A DNA stretch of 64,000 bases, taken from assembly GCF_964204645.1 (NCBI RefSeq), contig NC_134034.1, positions 4,357,814 through 4,421,813 of the forward strand, written 5' to 3'. Made by a program: the position numbers and the translations under genes. Under the pieces are notes generated by a model. The model had not been told where the DNA came from. It did not search any database and worked only from the letters and a program-made list of their open reading frames with translations. The stretch comes from Tubulanus polymorphus (Eukaryota > Animalia > Nemertea). How positions within the stretch are numbered: the first letter of the stretch is position 1; the number at the start of each line of letters is the position of its first letter. This document shows, piece after piece, positions 1-14,301 of this stretch.

Positions 1-629
1 TCCAAGATGGCTGCCTCCGTAGATTGCCTTATTCGATTCCTCTTTCGATTACCTATGGATATGTCGATATAAGCGCTACCCGCCCAAGATATTGTTTCTT
101 CTTGAAATGCAGTCGCCATGTCACCCGACAGTAAAATGCTGACTGCCACCATAAATACCTGTATGGCATCATCAAAAACCGTCTGAACTAACAGGCAAAG
201 TTTTGAATTCGTCAAATACAAACTCGGACGCTGGGGAGGAAACCCTAGAGTTTGCCCACTTAATTCGAAAGTGGCAGTAAATATTTGGCATCGTGCCAAT
301 AGGTAACACGCTGAACACGTTATAGCAGAATAGGCGCCTTCGAGCGTAGTTACCCCGTTTGAATTAATATCCGTTTGAATTTCTTCGACGATTACGAATC
401 AGGATGTTCATTTCCTGCGCGTCTAAACGTGTTTTTATTACAAACTTCCGCTAGGTGTCACTCTACGTAGTCCACTAATGGTAGGCATTACTATAATCTA
501 ATAAACTCTCAAACGTTGCTTCAATAAGAAATGTTTGAACGAGAGCTCTCGAGTTGAAATATCGCTGAGCCGTCGACTATCTGTCGTGCCATTTTCCACA
601 TTCGTGGCTTAACGTATCTCGTCTTTATA

Positions 630-830
630 TACATAAATGAAACTATGTACCAGCTACTGTGTCGCAGTGGAGAAATGATAATCCTTTAAATCGTTAGATA
701 ATCATTGAATAAACGGCTATAAACGGATACGAGAATATTCATAGGGGTGGGGTAGAAAAAAATTATTCAGCCAATCAGTGAGCAGGAACTTGAATTATGG
801 ACTATCATTGTATCAGAGCATTTAACTCTT
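630..830 (+). repeat. Dispersed repeat, related copy at about 37038-37250
   Basis: Shared AAACTATGTACC and TTCAGCCAATCAGT(G/A)AGCAG...GAATTA. Confidence 0.6.
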
Positions 831-3800
831 TGCCGTTAACATTTTCACTGGTTTCGCGTGCCTCCGATAGTATCCGGTCTCTAAGGGTACAGGTTACGTA
901 CGTAATTCTAAAATTGTCTCACTAAGATTCCATGGCTGGTAAATCGAAAAATTGAAGTTATGGGCTAATCGCCTTCTGTTTACACAGATTTTACTAATAA
1001 TGATAGTTAACTCATTTATTTAGCGTAGAACTAAATAATCACCGTGCTTTACATCGCATAGGAAAATAAAAATACATTTTTCAAAACAAACGAACGAAAC
1101 AATCAGTAAAATCAGCTCAAAAATAAGCTAATCTAAAAAGATTAATTTTGGGTTTGGATTTGAAACAATGAACTGATGGACATTCCCTAATTGACTGGGA
1201 AACGGAATTACATAGACTTTGCATCAAACCTGAAAGCCATAAAGCCGCAACTGGGTTAAGGAACACGAACAGCCAGTCTGGTGTAATCTTGAGCTGATCG
1301 AAGAGATATAGTAGGTTGGTACAACGGTATTAGTTCTACTCAGACTAGTATCAATGATTTTTGTGCCACCCACTGGGGCCAAACTCATGTGTCTAAACGA
1401 TCTCTATTTTCAAGACCGAACTTTGGGTTAGTCTATCGGTTACTGAATTAGCAATCAGCGGCCCATTGCTCCAGGAAAACCTAGACGATTTTTTTTTTTT
1501 CATTGTTGAACTTCTATTTTGCAACACAGATTCCGTCGATTAAAAAAAATCTTTTTTTCTTTAATTGTTACCTACAATTGCATGGGATTGTATGGGAAAT
1601 CAGTAAAAGGTTTACCAGCTGAGATCAACAGATGGTTTGACTAAAACGTCTCAAGACGAAGTTAGTAATAATTGATTTACAAGAAACATATGATGCAAAT
1701 TTAACTAAATGTAGATGGAACCGAAGTGCTGCAGAAGTATATGCTTGTGAAACACGGTTACGGCTGCCTAAATCCCGTCGAGCACAATTCAATGTTCTCT
1801 ACTTCTCTTCGCCTATCAATCATCTCAGTAGATTGCTTTTTTTCTTGTCGCTTTTGATATTAGTTAGTCATGTCTTCGTATATTATTCAACTCCACAGGA
1901 GAATGAGAACAAGTATATTTGGCTTGGACCTCTGAAGGTAACCACCACACTCCCACATGGCACGCGGATTTTGCACACAGCACGTGTAAGACTTCAATAA
2001 TTAGCAATAATTTGCATAACTGATTCTAATGAGAGAAACCATAGTAAACAGCCAGCTGTCTAGAATTCGAATCCTATCATCTTGACTAGATTCATATGTT
2101 CGAATCCTGGAAGACGTTGAAGCGTTGGTTTCCCTGGAGAAGTAGCTGTCTACAGTCAATGAGTTGGTAAGCCCACAGCTAGAAGAAAAACTAAGGGATC
2201 TCGACTCAATTCTATAAGCCATTTCCAAAATTATATACTACTTTATGCCATTTTGAAAATGGCTCATAGAATTGAGTTGAAACGACAACCATTTCTTTGT
2301 TTTTCCTTCTTACTGTGGGTTTATGAACGTGCTGCGTTTCTGTAAAATGATATATATTGTATAAGTCATTTTTCCTGAAGTGGCGATAAGCTCTGAAATG
2401 GAAGATCTCACCCGATCTCAATCTGTAACCATGCACCCGCAACCCGCAACCCGCACTCTTAATCACATGCACACACAGACCAATCCCTACAGACCTCAAT
2501 CAATCAAAATGTCTTCGTTTTTTTGTGTTATGTCGTTGTGTAATCCGTGTGGGTAGGCGGGCAGTGGATCCATCTGTTTGTCTCATCAGTTTCATCAAGG
2601 ATTGTGGAAGCGCCAGTTTGGCAGCCGCGGCTTAGGTTAGATTACACATATCTCGAATGGTGAACTGGGGCATTGTTTTCAAATCAGTATTGGATAGCTT
2701 AGTTACAATGGAAATAACCCGAACCCCAACTTGAAATGTTTCGGTTGATCACCTCCTATCGTCAGATAGCAATTGGACGTCAAGGAAATGTCATGGGGAC
2801 TTTAAATGGGGGCATAACGACACTAACAACTAATGACACGGGGTAGCAGAGCAGAAATTGGATAGTTTGTTGCTTATGAATCATCGAATTCGCTCGCTAG
2901 TTGAGAGGTATACGTATTCGTCAACTCGCTTCATTGCCTCTGGTCAACCTAAATAAGTTAAAATGGATTCGTATATCGATTCGTATTGAATAGTTTTATG
3001 TTTCTCTTAGACGTGTCAGATCATCGTCAAGCACACTCTTTCGCTCTTTCGCTCCCGGCAGGTGTGGTGGGTTTGTTAGACTAAAGAATCAAACGAAATC
3101 TACTTATCAAATGAATGGGGTATCGGCACAAACTAGATAGCGGTATGATAAACTCAGTTATACGTAGTGAAAATTATTCATTTTCCATGAACTATGAACT
3201 GGATTTTTAGGCTCCCAAATGGAAATGTTGTCAAACAAGTCATCAAATAGATAAAGTCATCAAGAAGATACGTTCCCCATACCCGTATGGTATAGTTTTA
3301 TCAGAAATGTATTTACTAATATGAAAAGTTGACTCAAATTTAATTGAAATGTACAATAAATTGAAATGCGGTAACCGAGTAACCAGTAGCGAACCTGGCG
3401 GATCCATGCCTGCCATACGTGGAATCCTTGATTGCAACACTAGCGGTGCCGGTACCCCATTGCAGGGCCAATCCCTATTAAAGATTAAAAAAAATACCAG
3501 CATATAAGTGAGTGATCGCTCATCGATCTAGCACTGGAATATATGAAATAAAATTTCGGACTCTTTATTGTTGTCCGTCTCGATTGTTATTACTTTTTCG
3601 AAGCTCGGAAGAAACGTCTTTGAGGTTTAGCCATGAAATAGGGACCTCTGACACGTCATGTTGTGGTGTCATATTTTTCACGGAAAAGTATTGGTTTTCA
3701 AATTTGATTTTCAATTTTGATTTTGCAGGTGAACGTGAAAAATACTTCTCCGAACAGGACAGCGGCTAACGGACATACGAGCGTGTCACAGACTGATAAT

Positions 3801-4941
3801 ACCTCCGTGTGACGAGAGGTGGCGCCATCGAACAGTCGTCGGGAGATTCGGAATGTTATGTGATATATCCCGAAAAAAAGCGGCAACAAGAAGAGAAAAT
3901 AATATTGTTATTGATCAATGCTTTTCATTGGATGTGTATCGTTAACTTCAATGGCTGTGAATTTCTTAACTTAACGGGTATTCGTGGCAGGTTTCCAGAA
4001 GAGGGCTCTGTCATAAGTTCCAGTAATTCGAATCGTGCCGTTTCACGAGAATATGTTTTTGCAAACGAAAAACAAGCGATTAGGAAACATGCAAAAATCA
4101 GGATAATCCGGGATTTAATAACGCCGCGATTTGCAGTTGTAGCAGTAATGCAGGTGTTAATCTACAACTGCGCCTTCAGACAATCGCAATTTCGTTTGAG
4201 GATTTGCTTATGGAATGACTAATGTCCGGTGGCGGAAGTAAATTTTCAAAATGAAAGCTTCAGGGGCGTAGTTCTGAACGCACGCGACGTCGGGACCGAC
4301 AAAATATTTGGAAGCATGTGGTGATAGAGTATCGATTGTCTAGGCGGCAGGTAGATACCAGCGCAACGTAAATTATCGACTATTCCGGGAGTAAACATAT
4401 ACTCTATGAATTAAAAAGTGTTATTAATATACATGAACAGCAACCGAGCCATGTGTGCAATGCTTATATTCATTTTCTAAGCTAAAATGTATGAAGTGAT
4501 ATAAGAAGATTTTGTGGTTTAATCGTTCGTTATATCCATTGTAAAATCCACGTGTAATTATCATTTAATCCACCAGGTTGAATTTGAACTAATTGCTTTC
4601 ATGGTGCGAGTGGAATCACATCACATTATCCATGTCGCTAGATGACGTGACTAACACTTGTATTTTTGATCGACTTGTTCTTGGGCCAGTTGCGAACTGA
4701 TGCCTGAGATCTAAGATGGGTTTAATTATTTTCATACTAACGACTTTAGGTCGGACTAAATGTTCAAACTAGATATTGACATACGCAAATCAAAACCACG
4801 ATGCAACTGGTCCCTGAAACCAAATATTTCTGTAAAAACGCACGTTCGGAGTCTTTTTATATAGTCTTAATTGTTATTGGGTTTGCTTAACGAGAAAAAC
4901 AGATTTCGATGGTATGTAAATGAAGGACAAATTTTGATTAA

Positions 4942-5481
4942 TGAATAACCATGCGTGAGTGAATGCAAGTCAACCTGATGGATCCATGACTTGCCACAAG
5001 TGGAATCATCGATTGCCAAAGTAGCCTTGCTCATACTTACTCGAACAACTAGTCGTATTGAAAAAGTATGCAAGAAAGAAGAAACGAGCCGCTAGTTGAC
5101 AGTACGCATATTGATATTGCTGTCGCGAGCAATTGGGTTTTGGCAATCCACGATTCTGCTATGATCCACTTATTAGGTAAATCTGGATAAGGGTCATTTT
5201 CGTGGCTTTCTGAATAACCATGCGTGAGTGAATGCAAGTCAACCTGATGGATCCATGACTTGCCACAAGTCGAATCATCGATTGCCAAAGTAGCCTTGCT
5301 CATACTTACTCGAACAACTAGTCGTATTGAAAAAGTATGCAAGAAAGAAGAAACGAGCCGCTAGTTGACAGCACGCATATTGATATTGCTGTCGCGAGCA
5401 ATTGGGTTTTGGCAATCCACGATTCTGCTATGATCCACTTATTAGGTAAATCTGGATAAGGGTCATTTTCGTGGCTTTCTG
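4942..5481. repeat. Tandem duplication, 2 x 269 bp
   Basis: TGAATAACCATGCG starts at 4942 and at 5211; only two substitutions seen between copies. Confidence 0.95.
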
Positions 5482-5653
5482 CGATTGCTGGATAGCCTCA
5501 ATGACTTGATATCTTAGTTTCAAATGCGAGCAAAACTCACTGTACAAAATCCTCCTTAAAAATATCGGTTTACCTGTAACTAGTGGGTCTCCGATAGCCA
5601 AAAGCATTGGCTTCGATTTACATTTAACGTATGTTGTTGTATTTCCTTGTTAA

Positions 5654-6066
5654 GGGACCACGTAAAAACAGCTTGTTTCTCACCACGAGTTTTATTGTTG
5701 AAGTCCGTCAGTAAAAAAGAAGAATGAAAATTCACATCCCGCAAGCAGAAATCTGTTTTCGTTTCTTAAAAAAAAAGAAGATATATCACTGCCGCAGGCA
5801 TCCCGAAAACAACCTGATCGCAGTTTTTCATGATTTCGTCTCGCGCTCGCTTTCCAATTGTTACTGTGGCACGTGAGGGTTTCGATAACGAAGTACTGTA
5901 AGTCCTGATTCAATGTCGTTGACGCCTAAATATCCTCATTTGAAAAATAGAAAATTGAAATTTTGATTTCTGTCGTTTTCAAAAGAGGGGTAAAAATAGA
6001 AACCTGCCGTCCCCATCAATTTACAAAAAAAAACTGATGAGAAACAAGGGTATTTTTTGCGTGGCC
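5654..6066. mobile_element. MITE with imperfect TIRs of about 28 bp
   Basis: GGACCACGTAAAAACAGCTTGTTTCTCA vs reverse complement GGCCACGCAAAAAATACCCTTGTTTCTCA. Confidence 0.55.
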
Positions 6067-7699
6067 TGTTATTTATAAATTGTCGTTATTTGAATAAATG
6101 TACATGCCTAGCTGCAGACTTCATGGGGCAGGACCCTGGCTGTCGATATGAGCAAACGATGTTTTTTTTTCTATAGTTAGCGTGTCATTGAACACAGTTA
6201 ATTTTGAAAATCTCTATCGACCAACTATTGTAGCCTACGGTTAAAAATGAAACTCCTTTTCGCAAGGTGTGATAATGAAAACTTTTTGATACATGTACAT
6301 TTCCATACAGCTACTCAAGAGCAAAAATATTGATGGCGTAGAATCATGGCGCGCTGGCTAATTTGAGATATTCGCATTTCTAACAATAAATCAGTCTTTT
6401 TTTGTTATTTTCACTACAGTGTCCACAACCGTCTACATTTCCCATTTAAACAATATTCAGATATCTTTCCTTCTATGGCCAACTTTTTTGCAACGGTATC
6501 TGAAGACAAATAACTCTTTACCATTTCACATTTACATTGAATATCGGCTAAAAGCCTTTTTCCCCTCCTAATTTGATGGCATATCCTCAGTGGCTATCCT
6601 GGATATAGCAGACTTGGTGAAGTTTTTGGGTACAAAAATTATTGCACAAAACAAAATTGATTTTTATGGAGATACAATACTCTGCAAGTTTGTATACTGC
6701 CGAAACCCCTCTGAATATGCAGATAGAATATTGCTGCACACAAATATGCAGGAGACCTATTCAATATCCATGGACAAAACGGATTTTGTAATATCTGCAG
6801 ATACGATATTCTTGCTCTTATCAAGCAGCTATATATCAAATATGGCCGCCTCTCATACTAAAATGAATAACGTGTTGTAAAGGTATATGGTGTTAAACTT
6901 TTCACAATAGTACGGTTCACCCGCGGGTAACGATCTGCATTCGTCAATCTGCAACCTGGTTCCACACCTTCTGTAGCATTGTGTAGTGCGTGCGAACTCT
7001 GACGATCAGTTTTGACGTGATGTGCCGGTAAATGTCTAACGTCTGGCATTTTTAATGTCTGGATTTTTTGCAATTTGTACATGTATAGGGTGAAGTCGTG
7101 AACATCGTGGAGTGTGAACGATCCATGAAAGTATGCAGATAAAATGTCTTATATCTGGTACTATTTGTCTAGTTCATTTTCGATTAAATGTCTGCCATAT
7201 CTCTGTCGGCTAGCTCCACCTCTGTGATCCACTTATGTTCGTTACGCTCCCGTTTTCTTTATCACCTTTCCATCAGATGTTTTCACTTCATCTAGGAGTA
7301 TGCCACACTCATATTTTAGAAAATGACTTCTTTACTGCAAGATCGTTTACTACTAGACTGGTTGAAAAGTCACTTCAATTTCCCAGTGTCGTAGAATCAG
7401 ATGCCCCCGATGTCGGATGTCTCCCAACAATAGATTTACCGATTGATTTGCTGACCGTTACCCGAAGCCTTTAACCCGAGATGTAATGCGAAGGAGGCAC
7501 GCATAAGAGGAGGTGTCCCCAACCCTGTTGGTTTTTCTTATGGGCAGACAACTCGATAGGTGTTATCCACGTAATAATGGTTATTTTGAGTGTGGAGAGC
7601 GGCAAACGAGAGGAGAAATGCGCAAATGTTTAGCCCATTGTAAGATTATAAAAGAAACCAGAAGGATGGCGATACGACATTGCGAATCAGTCTGAGGGA

Positions 7700-7888
7700 T
7701 ACGGTACAGCTTAGACTCAACTTTCCGAAAATTGAGCATCGTTTGCGTGTTGAAAGTGAAACGCGTTCGAAGTGAAACGCGTCGTACACGATTGGAACGC
7801 GTTTTTAACCGACACATCGATGTAAGGTACGCGAACGTAAATGAAACGGAATATAAACGTTTAAACGGCGATTATAAGCTGTGCCGTA
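7700..7888. mobile_element. Short MITE
   Basis: TACGGTACAGCTTA / reverse complement TACGGCACAGCTTA termini; internal GAAACGCGT repeats. Confidence 0.55.
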
Positions 7889-10682
7889 CGTAGGTTCAGG
7901 TAGCGGATTGACAACCAGTTGTGTAGGCGGCCGTCCTTTAGGTCCAATGTCTCCTGAGAATTTGTCATTGTGTATAAATTCTATTCGAAATTGGTTGTTT
8001 ATCGACTGTTTACGCCAATGATATCAAAATCAAATAAAAAAGAACAACAACAAATTTGAGATAAGCATTTGTTTTTTTTATGTTCCAGCTAAATCACTAG
8101 TTGTGCTATTACTACTATTGTTACTACTATCGAATTATGAGGCTCTGTTACGTAATGCCAATTAAAGTCAACTTTCAACTTAAATTGTTGAGTTCATCAG
8201 AAATGGAAAGGTCGCCATTAGATTGTATTCTCGTTTCGCAAAACTGGCATCAGTTTGTTATTGTTGCATCATCAAACATAGCTTGCCATATCACGATCAA
8301 AGTTTTATGGAGAATCCCGGAAAAAAACGGCTGTACACGGGTTTAATTGAATGTTAATTGATCAGCTCGTATATTGACTTGAAATATCAAGACATAAGTA
8401 CGCGACGGCCCATATATTTCACCTGCTAAATCGTTTAGACCACATTCCAGCATCTTCATGCAGAGTCCTTCCCCCATACCTAATGTGTATTCGAATACAA
8501 CATCATACATGTTCAAATACAGCCGGAAATCTAGAATTCTCCTGAAAGAAAGAACATACCAGATTATTGTTTGTATTAGTAACGAACTAAAATCAGCTAC
8601 ACTTTCATTATCCACCCGTATGATATATACTCACGGGAAATCGGCGCGGATGCCTTCCATGAAACGAGGCGTGAAAAAGGAGCGTTTCGCATAGTAGGTT
8701 GATCGTTCTAACAGACCCCCTTTATTATGAGCGTGGCAGCAGTTTTCGGCATCCGCGTAAGTTCCGATTTTCGAACTTTGCAAATCCCCACTCTTAATTC
8801 AATTTTCCAGTTAGTAAGTTGAAGTGTTTGTAATCAACGCACTTAACTAGTATCGAAGAAAAAGGAAGATTAAATCAGTAATCGTTATTAGAACGATGGT
8901 TTTCTTTTCGTCATCGTTGCAAGGAAGTATCAGCAGTCAGCTAGATGGCGTGTGATCAGTTGATTCTGGGCGCAAGACTTTGGGTGGAGGTACTATGGGC
9001 GTATCATGTAAGTACACTCGAACTATGTGCAGAAAAGCCATTATCTTAATTCAAAAGCTAAATTGTAAACGGAATAAACTAAATGATAATGCACTATAGT
9101 AATAGAATAGAACTAGTAACTAGCTAGTATTATTCTAGTATCATTCTAGCATGCGTAAAGAATTATATTTTTTTAATATAAACGATGGACGACGTACTCA
9201 ATGGCTGAAGATCGAAGTCGTTTACAAAAGTTTAAATTGCATATAGGCCTACTCAGTAAGATCCTGGTTAAGTGAAAAGGGAACTCACCAAAACACGACC
9301 GCGGATTCCACAATATCCCCACCAAACGAAGGCAACATAACTGTGCATATAAGAATAGGGCGTGACTGATGCCAAACAGTTTAACTCTACGGAGTGAACG
9401 TATCAAATACCTGGGGTCCGGGATGGCTAACAGCATATCGTCAGATTTCTGCTGAGGAAAGGATTTGACTGGAAATGCTTTCTAGAAGCGGAAAGGCTTC
9501 GGTAAACCAAAAAATGCAGATTAGCTACACGATCTGCCTTCTCAAATACCTACATGAACTGTCTTACTCTATGGCAGGAAATCCTAATGTTCAGATCAAT
9601 TAATGCCTATGCAAGATGGAAACGAAGTGACCGCCCCTCGATTGGTACAAACTACAAAGCGTCTTGAGCGAGACCTGAATTTTTATCTCATTGTTATCTC
9701 ATTTTAAACCATTTTACGTTTGCCAGAAAATGCAATGGCCTGATATCTCTGGTGTCTGATGAATGGAAATGTCAGAAAACCAAGGTGGAAAACGAAAGCA
9801 AACGTAAGACACAAGATAAACGTAGGGTGTTTCCGATGAATGTCTAATGCAAGACAAAAAAATAAGATTCACTGCCTCTCCCCGAATTAATATGCCCTTA
9901 CTTTTTCTCCCGTGTCTTCCTTTAGAGCTTTGTATACTCTACGAAGGTGTACAAGGTGCACAGTTGCAAGATTAAACTGATGTATTCATACAGGATATAA
10001 ATCTCATTATTAACATCAATCTCACCACTTATCTTAATAACTATGGACTGAGCGCACGAGGAAGAATGGATACGCCATGCCGCCCAGTTCAAATGAGTTG
10101 TTATCTTTTGCGATCCCATTTCTTAATATTCGCTGTACTGTCGATAGATCTAGAGGTGGCACTTCTAATTAATTTTCACGAGCATTTCGATAAAATTAGA
10201 TTAATGATACACTTGGAATCATGGTGCGCGATAACAGAATTTTGTCGACAATCTAATAATAACCCGCACTTTGGAATGCATGAAATAACTTAGTTGGGCA
10301 TTTAATTGGATATGCCCACTGAAGTCTAATTCAAAGATCCTAGGCCAAATTCGACGTTTCAAAATCAAAGAGAACTGAGTAAAAAAGAAAGTCGCAATTA
10401 CTGTCGTTGTTCAATCGTCTAAACCATTTTTTCCAGTGATTACTAAATAGGCCTTGTAAAGTAAAATATTTAGATAGTCTTTAGGATGGTGAATCACACT
10501 CTTCAGTCCACTTCACTTAGTTACATAATTTGTTTTACTTTGAAATGCTTAGAATTGCTGTGGTTTCCACGGTACGCCTTGATGTTTTTATTGCTTGGTC
10601 TGTTTATCTCTAGTTTTGACACACTACTTCTATTTTAGATCCTGTGAGTTTGTATGCTTTGTTACTTGTTTTTCTGGTAATT

Positions 10683-10724
10683 CCACCTGATGATGGCTGT
10701 TAGTCAACAGCCGAAACGTTGTGG
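10683..10724 (+). ncRNA. Minimal type I hammerhead ribozyme in a probable Penelope-like repeat fragment (about 10530-10800)
   Basis: CCAC-CTGATGA-T-GGCTGTT(AGTC)AACAGCC-GAAA-CG-TT-GTGG: stem I CCAC/GTGG, 7-bp stem II, palindromic AACGTT stem III, followed by AATAAA. Confidence 0.75.
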
Positions 10725-11009
10725 TTTCATAATAATAAATTTGATCGTATAATATTAAATTCGAAGTGTGAGATTTCTTCATTTATCTACAGTATACACG
10801 GATTATAGGTGTTTAGTCGACAACTAACTAATGTGAACATTTTTCATATTCCTATACCATGACCTCACCCGCATCCTATCCTTACCCGATTGGGTATTAA
10901 TCCCTGCTACCATTACTCCCCCTGTACTACACTAAAAAACCCCTTAAAAGTCCTTACATTTTAGATATAGTAACTAAATGCTGTTCTATCTTCTCAACAG
11001 ATTCCCTCC

Positions 11010-11115
11010 TTGTAATCCATTTGCCTTCGGTGTGCGCACCAGCACATATCTAGTGTGCGCTATCGTGCACACACTGCACACACTATCTTTTCTCATACAC
11101 ATAAAACCCTTACTA
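11010..11115 (+). repeat. Dispersed repeat (LINE 3'-UTR-like), related copy at about 32430-32540
   Basis: Shared ATCCATTTGCC...GTGTGCGCACCAGCACA...CACATAAAACCCT. Confidence 0.7.
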
Positions 11116-11598
11116 CCTCAACAGTATCGTTTTGTGTTTCAATTACTATTACTAATACTAATACTGATAGGACATTCGTTTATAAATGTTACCAGAAAAT
11201 GTCACGAATTGAATTAAAACATTTGTTCTATTGAAAGTATGAAGAGCAGTTTATAGAAAGGGGCGTACGTTCGAACGGACGGACTCATCCTAGCTACGAA
11301 CCTGCAAATTGCACCAATTATACCATCGTTGAGTAAACAAAATGTCTGATAAATGTACGGTAAAATACGCTGCGCAATAAGATACTGCGTAACATCTACT
11401 AATGGTAGATCTCATCTTCGTACAGATGAGTATTATGACACTAAATCTTTTCATGTCGCGTAATTTCACTGAATTGAGATGATATGAAAAATAAAAACCA
11501 TCATCGAGTTTGTAGATGTGTGTATGGTGGGAGATTGGTTGATTTCAGGGTTCAGACCATATTAGATACCAATGATCGGATTCTTACAATAAAAGATT

Positions 11599-12639
11599 TT
11601 ATTTTTTCCTGATACAACGCAGAATATCGGCCGCGTTGCTGCGGAATCGTCTGTTAACAACCAGATACAAAAGCACGTTCACCAAAGAATCAATTTTACT
11701 ACCGGTTTCGGCGCCATATCTAACTACGTTTCGTTCGATTATTCCGCGTAACCAATGAAAATCGTAGTTCAACAATGCGAACATATTCGGAAATTCACAA
11801 ATCAAATGAGCCATTACTATTGTTATTGTTGTAACCAGCGCCATTTTATCTTTGTTGTTGTTCGGCTGCTGCGAACTCTTCGCCAACAGAGAGCGTCGTT
11901 TCTTGTGAATTTGTATGACATTTGTACACAAAATGACGTTACCGATCAATAAAATTAAGATCGGGGCAACCGTGCCGAAATATGCGACGAGTGGCCGTGT
12001 ATATCTACCCATAGTGAACGACCAAATATTGCCGTAACTGTAGAAATTCTCCGATTTGAAATAATATCGACATTGTTCGTTGATCGTCGGATAAATCTTA
12101 TACAGAATATTCGGCACGGAAACGAGCACGTTGAAGCTGACCACCGTCGCGATCACGTGATTCAACGATCTTACGGTCGTCCATCGTTTGACCTTGAACG
12201 GAAAAAGAATGGTTAGCACTCGTTCCAAGGTGATACACACAGTTATCCAATTGCGTATTAGATAGATGGCGTACGTAGCACCCACCAGATAACCATCGAG
12301 ATGCGGAAATAACAGATTCTGGCGGATGTAAATAAACCGTCGGCCATATTGTAAATATCTGTAAAGCGCACCTACGCTGAATTCGGGGATGCTTATCAGT
12401 GAAAATAGTGCGTCAATGATAGTCAGCGCTTTCAGTAAATGATAGGTAGGCTGAAACAAGAACCGCCTGAGCACAAAATAACAGAATACATTTAGAATCG
12501 TAGCCATTAACGCGATAGGTGCCGCCACTAGCGTGTTGATATAGAAACGCGACCACGTGATGTAATTGGGTCGACATGTTTTATTAAAATCATGAACTAG
12601 AAGTTCGCCTTGAAGCGGCCAAGGTTGTGTACGAGACAT
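11599..12639 (-). CDS. Rhodopsin-class GPCR, FMRFamide/sex-peptide-receptor-like (Srw-type), single coding exon
   Basis: 346-aa intact ORF with seven hydrophobic segments; TM3 ITLERVLTILFPFKV (DRY variant), TM6 ICEFP, TM7 NVLLYLVVNRRFR (NPxxY variant plus helix 8). Confidence 0.85.
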   Translation of the reverse strand: MSRTQPWPLQGELLVHDFNKTCRPNYITWSRFYINTLVAAPIALMATILNVFCYFVLRRFLFQPTYHLLKALTIIDALFSLISIPEFSVGALYRYLQYGRRFIYIRQNLLFPHLDGYLVGATYAIYLIRNWITVCITLERVLTILFPFKVKRWTTVRSLNHVIATVVSFNVLVSVPNILYKIYPTINEQCRYYFKSENFYSYGNIWSFTMGRYTRPLVAYFGTVAPILILLIGNVILCTNVIQIHKKRRSLLAKSSQQPNNNKDKMALVTTITIVMAHLICEFPNMFALLNYDFHWLRGIIERNVVRYGAETGSKIDSLVNVLLYLVVNRRFRSNAADILRCIRKK

Positions 12640-13739
12640 TGTTGATTCTGCTATCCATTTGTCCCAAAATGTTGCCTGTTTGCATGGCTCCTGGCACTAT
12701 ATGTGTGCCTGGCGCTGTCAATGCGACTGTTGTTCCTGTGGCTGTCTGCTGTCCGGCTTCAAACTTCGTTTGTCGTTTTTCGTAGCTAGTCGACTAGTGG
12801 GCGAAACTGATAGTAGACGAATAGTCGACTAACTCCTACAACCGAAGTTCGCCCGGTGTGACTGCTCTCTTAGTCACTGTCTACTGCTGTCGGCGGTGTT
12901 GCTGCTCTCTCAGGCACTGTCTGCTGTTGTCTGTAGTGTGATTGCTTCCTCAGTCACTACTTGCTGCCGCCAACCAACTATTAGTTTGTCTGTAGGTTCA
13001 AGAATCTAAAATTTGTTGACGTGTCTCCTTCAGTTCCAGGATATTTGTCACTTTATCCATTTCAACCATCGCGCGCGAACCAATGGCTAAATGTGTTTAA
13101 TGGAGGCTTGGTGTACTTACAGAAAATAGTATATATATAAAGATATTTGTATATGTTGCCTGCTAATGGAAGGAAGAAAGAAAATCCTTTTATTGCTATA
13201 AATTTTAGAATGGCCCGGTCGTAAATTGACATCGTAAATTGATAAAATGACATCGTGCACATTCATAGGGATCTGAAACAACAGAGACATTCAGTAACGT
13301 ATGAAGGGAGTGACTCTTGTTGGAAATGGTTTGTAGGTCTCATATTACTTAGCTAACCGGAGCCCCACGGACGCCGGTCCCAGTATAAGAAGTCTATAAT
13401 ACCTTGATGAGTTACTTTTCGTTTACGCAAGGCGAAGCCAAATTGAAGGCCAAACATGGATCGTGAGTAATAAGTCGTAAATGCCTGAACGATGACAAAT
13501 CTTCAAACAACTGATACTAACTTTTAGATTAGATCATAATGAATGATAACAATTATTTGTTTTCTTGATTTAGCGCAGTAATCGTTGCACTTTACTTACG
13601 ATTAGAAAATAGATAATTGAAATGCAATTCTCGGTGAAATCAATTGATATTACGAATTGTCGATTTGTTACAAACATTGAGAGAAATAGGTGCGTTAAAA
13701 AAGATTCTGTTTCAGGTTTGCTTTTAACGTTTTCGACTG

Positions 13740-14099
13740 CATGGACGTCCCCGGGATTTCTTAGGGGAGTTCGTTTTTATGAATAGTAGGGACTTCCCAA
13801 GAAAATGTTTGCAAATTTGGTGCAAGCAGGCGCGTTCTGGTGCAATCCGAGACCACCCGATCACGGGCCAATTTACCTGTCGGCAGCCATTTTTATTGGG
13901 AATTGTATTTCATTATTATATTTCATCTTCATTGTGAGACCGGCGCTAATTCTACACCTCACTCGCTGTCCTGTGTGCATCGTTAAATTGCAATTTAGGA
14001 AATGCAAACCATGTGCCGACGTTCGTCGACGTTTTTGAAACTTCAAAAAGGGGTTTGTTCGAACTACCGAACCTCCCCCCTCCTTAAGGGACGCCCACG
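13740..14099. mobile_element. hAT-like MITE
   Basis: CATGGACGTCCC / reverse complement CGTGGGCGTCCC termini; flanks GACTG / TACTG. Confidence 0.55.
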
Positions 14100-14177
14100 T
14101 ACTGTGCAGGACTATAGATCTTACATGACAAGGCAGAGATGCCAAGTGCCTGGATTAGCAAATCCTGACTGGAACGA

Positions 14178-14301
14178 AGAAGTCTAGTTGGAAAATACAC
14201 GGTAAATAATGATTTTAGATAATCTGGAGCAGTATCGGTAGAAGTCTAGTTGGAAAATACACGGTAAATAATGATTTTAGATAATCTGGAGCAGTATCGG
14301 T
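14178..14301. repeat. Tandem duplication, 2 x 62 bp
   Basis: AGAAGTCTAGTTGG...GTATCGGT at 14178 and 14240. Confidence 0.95.

Noticed and set aside
1020-1330. Possible L2 LINE 3' end on the minus strand
   Set aside because: Too degenerate to support by eye
4867-5342. Two ORFs with identical N-termini as paralogous peptides
   Set aside because: Produced by the 269-bp tandem duplication; non-ATG starts and no recognisable motif
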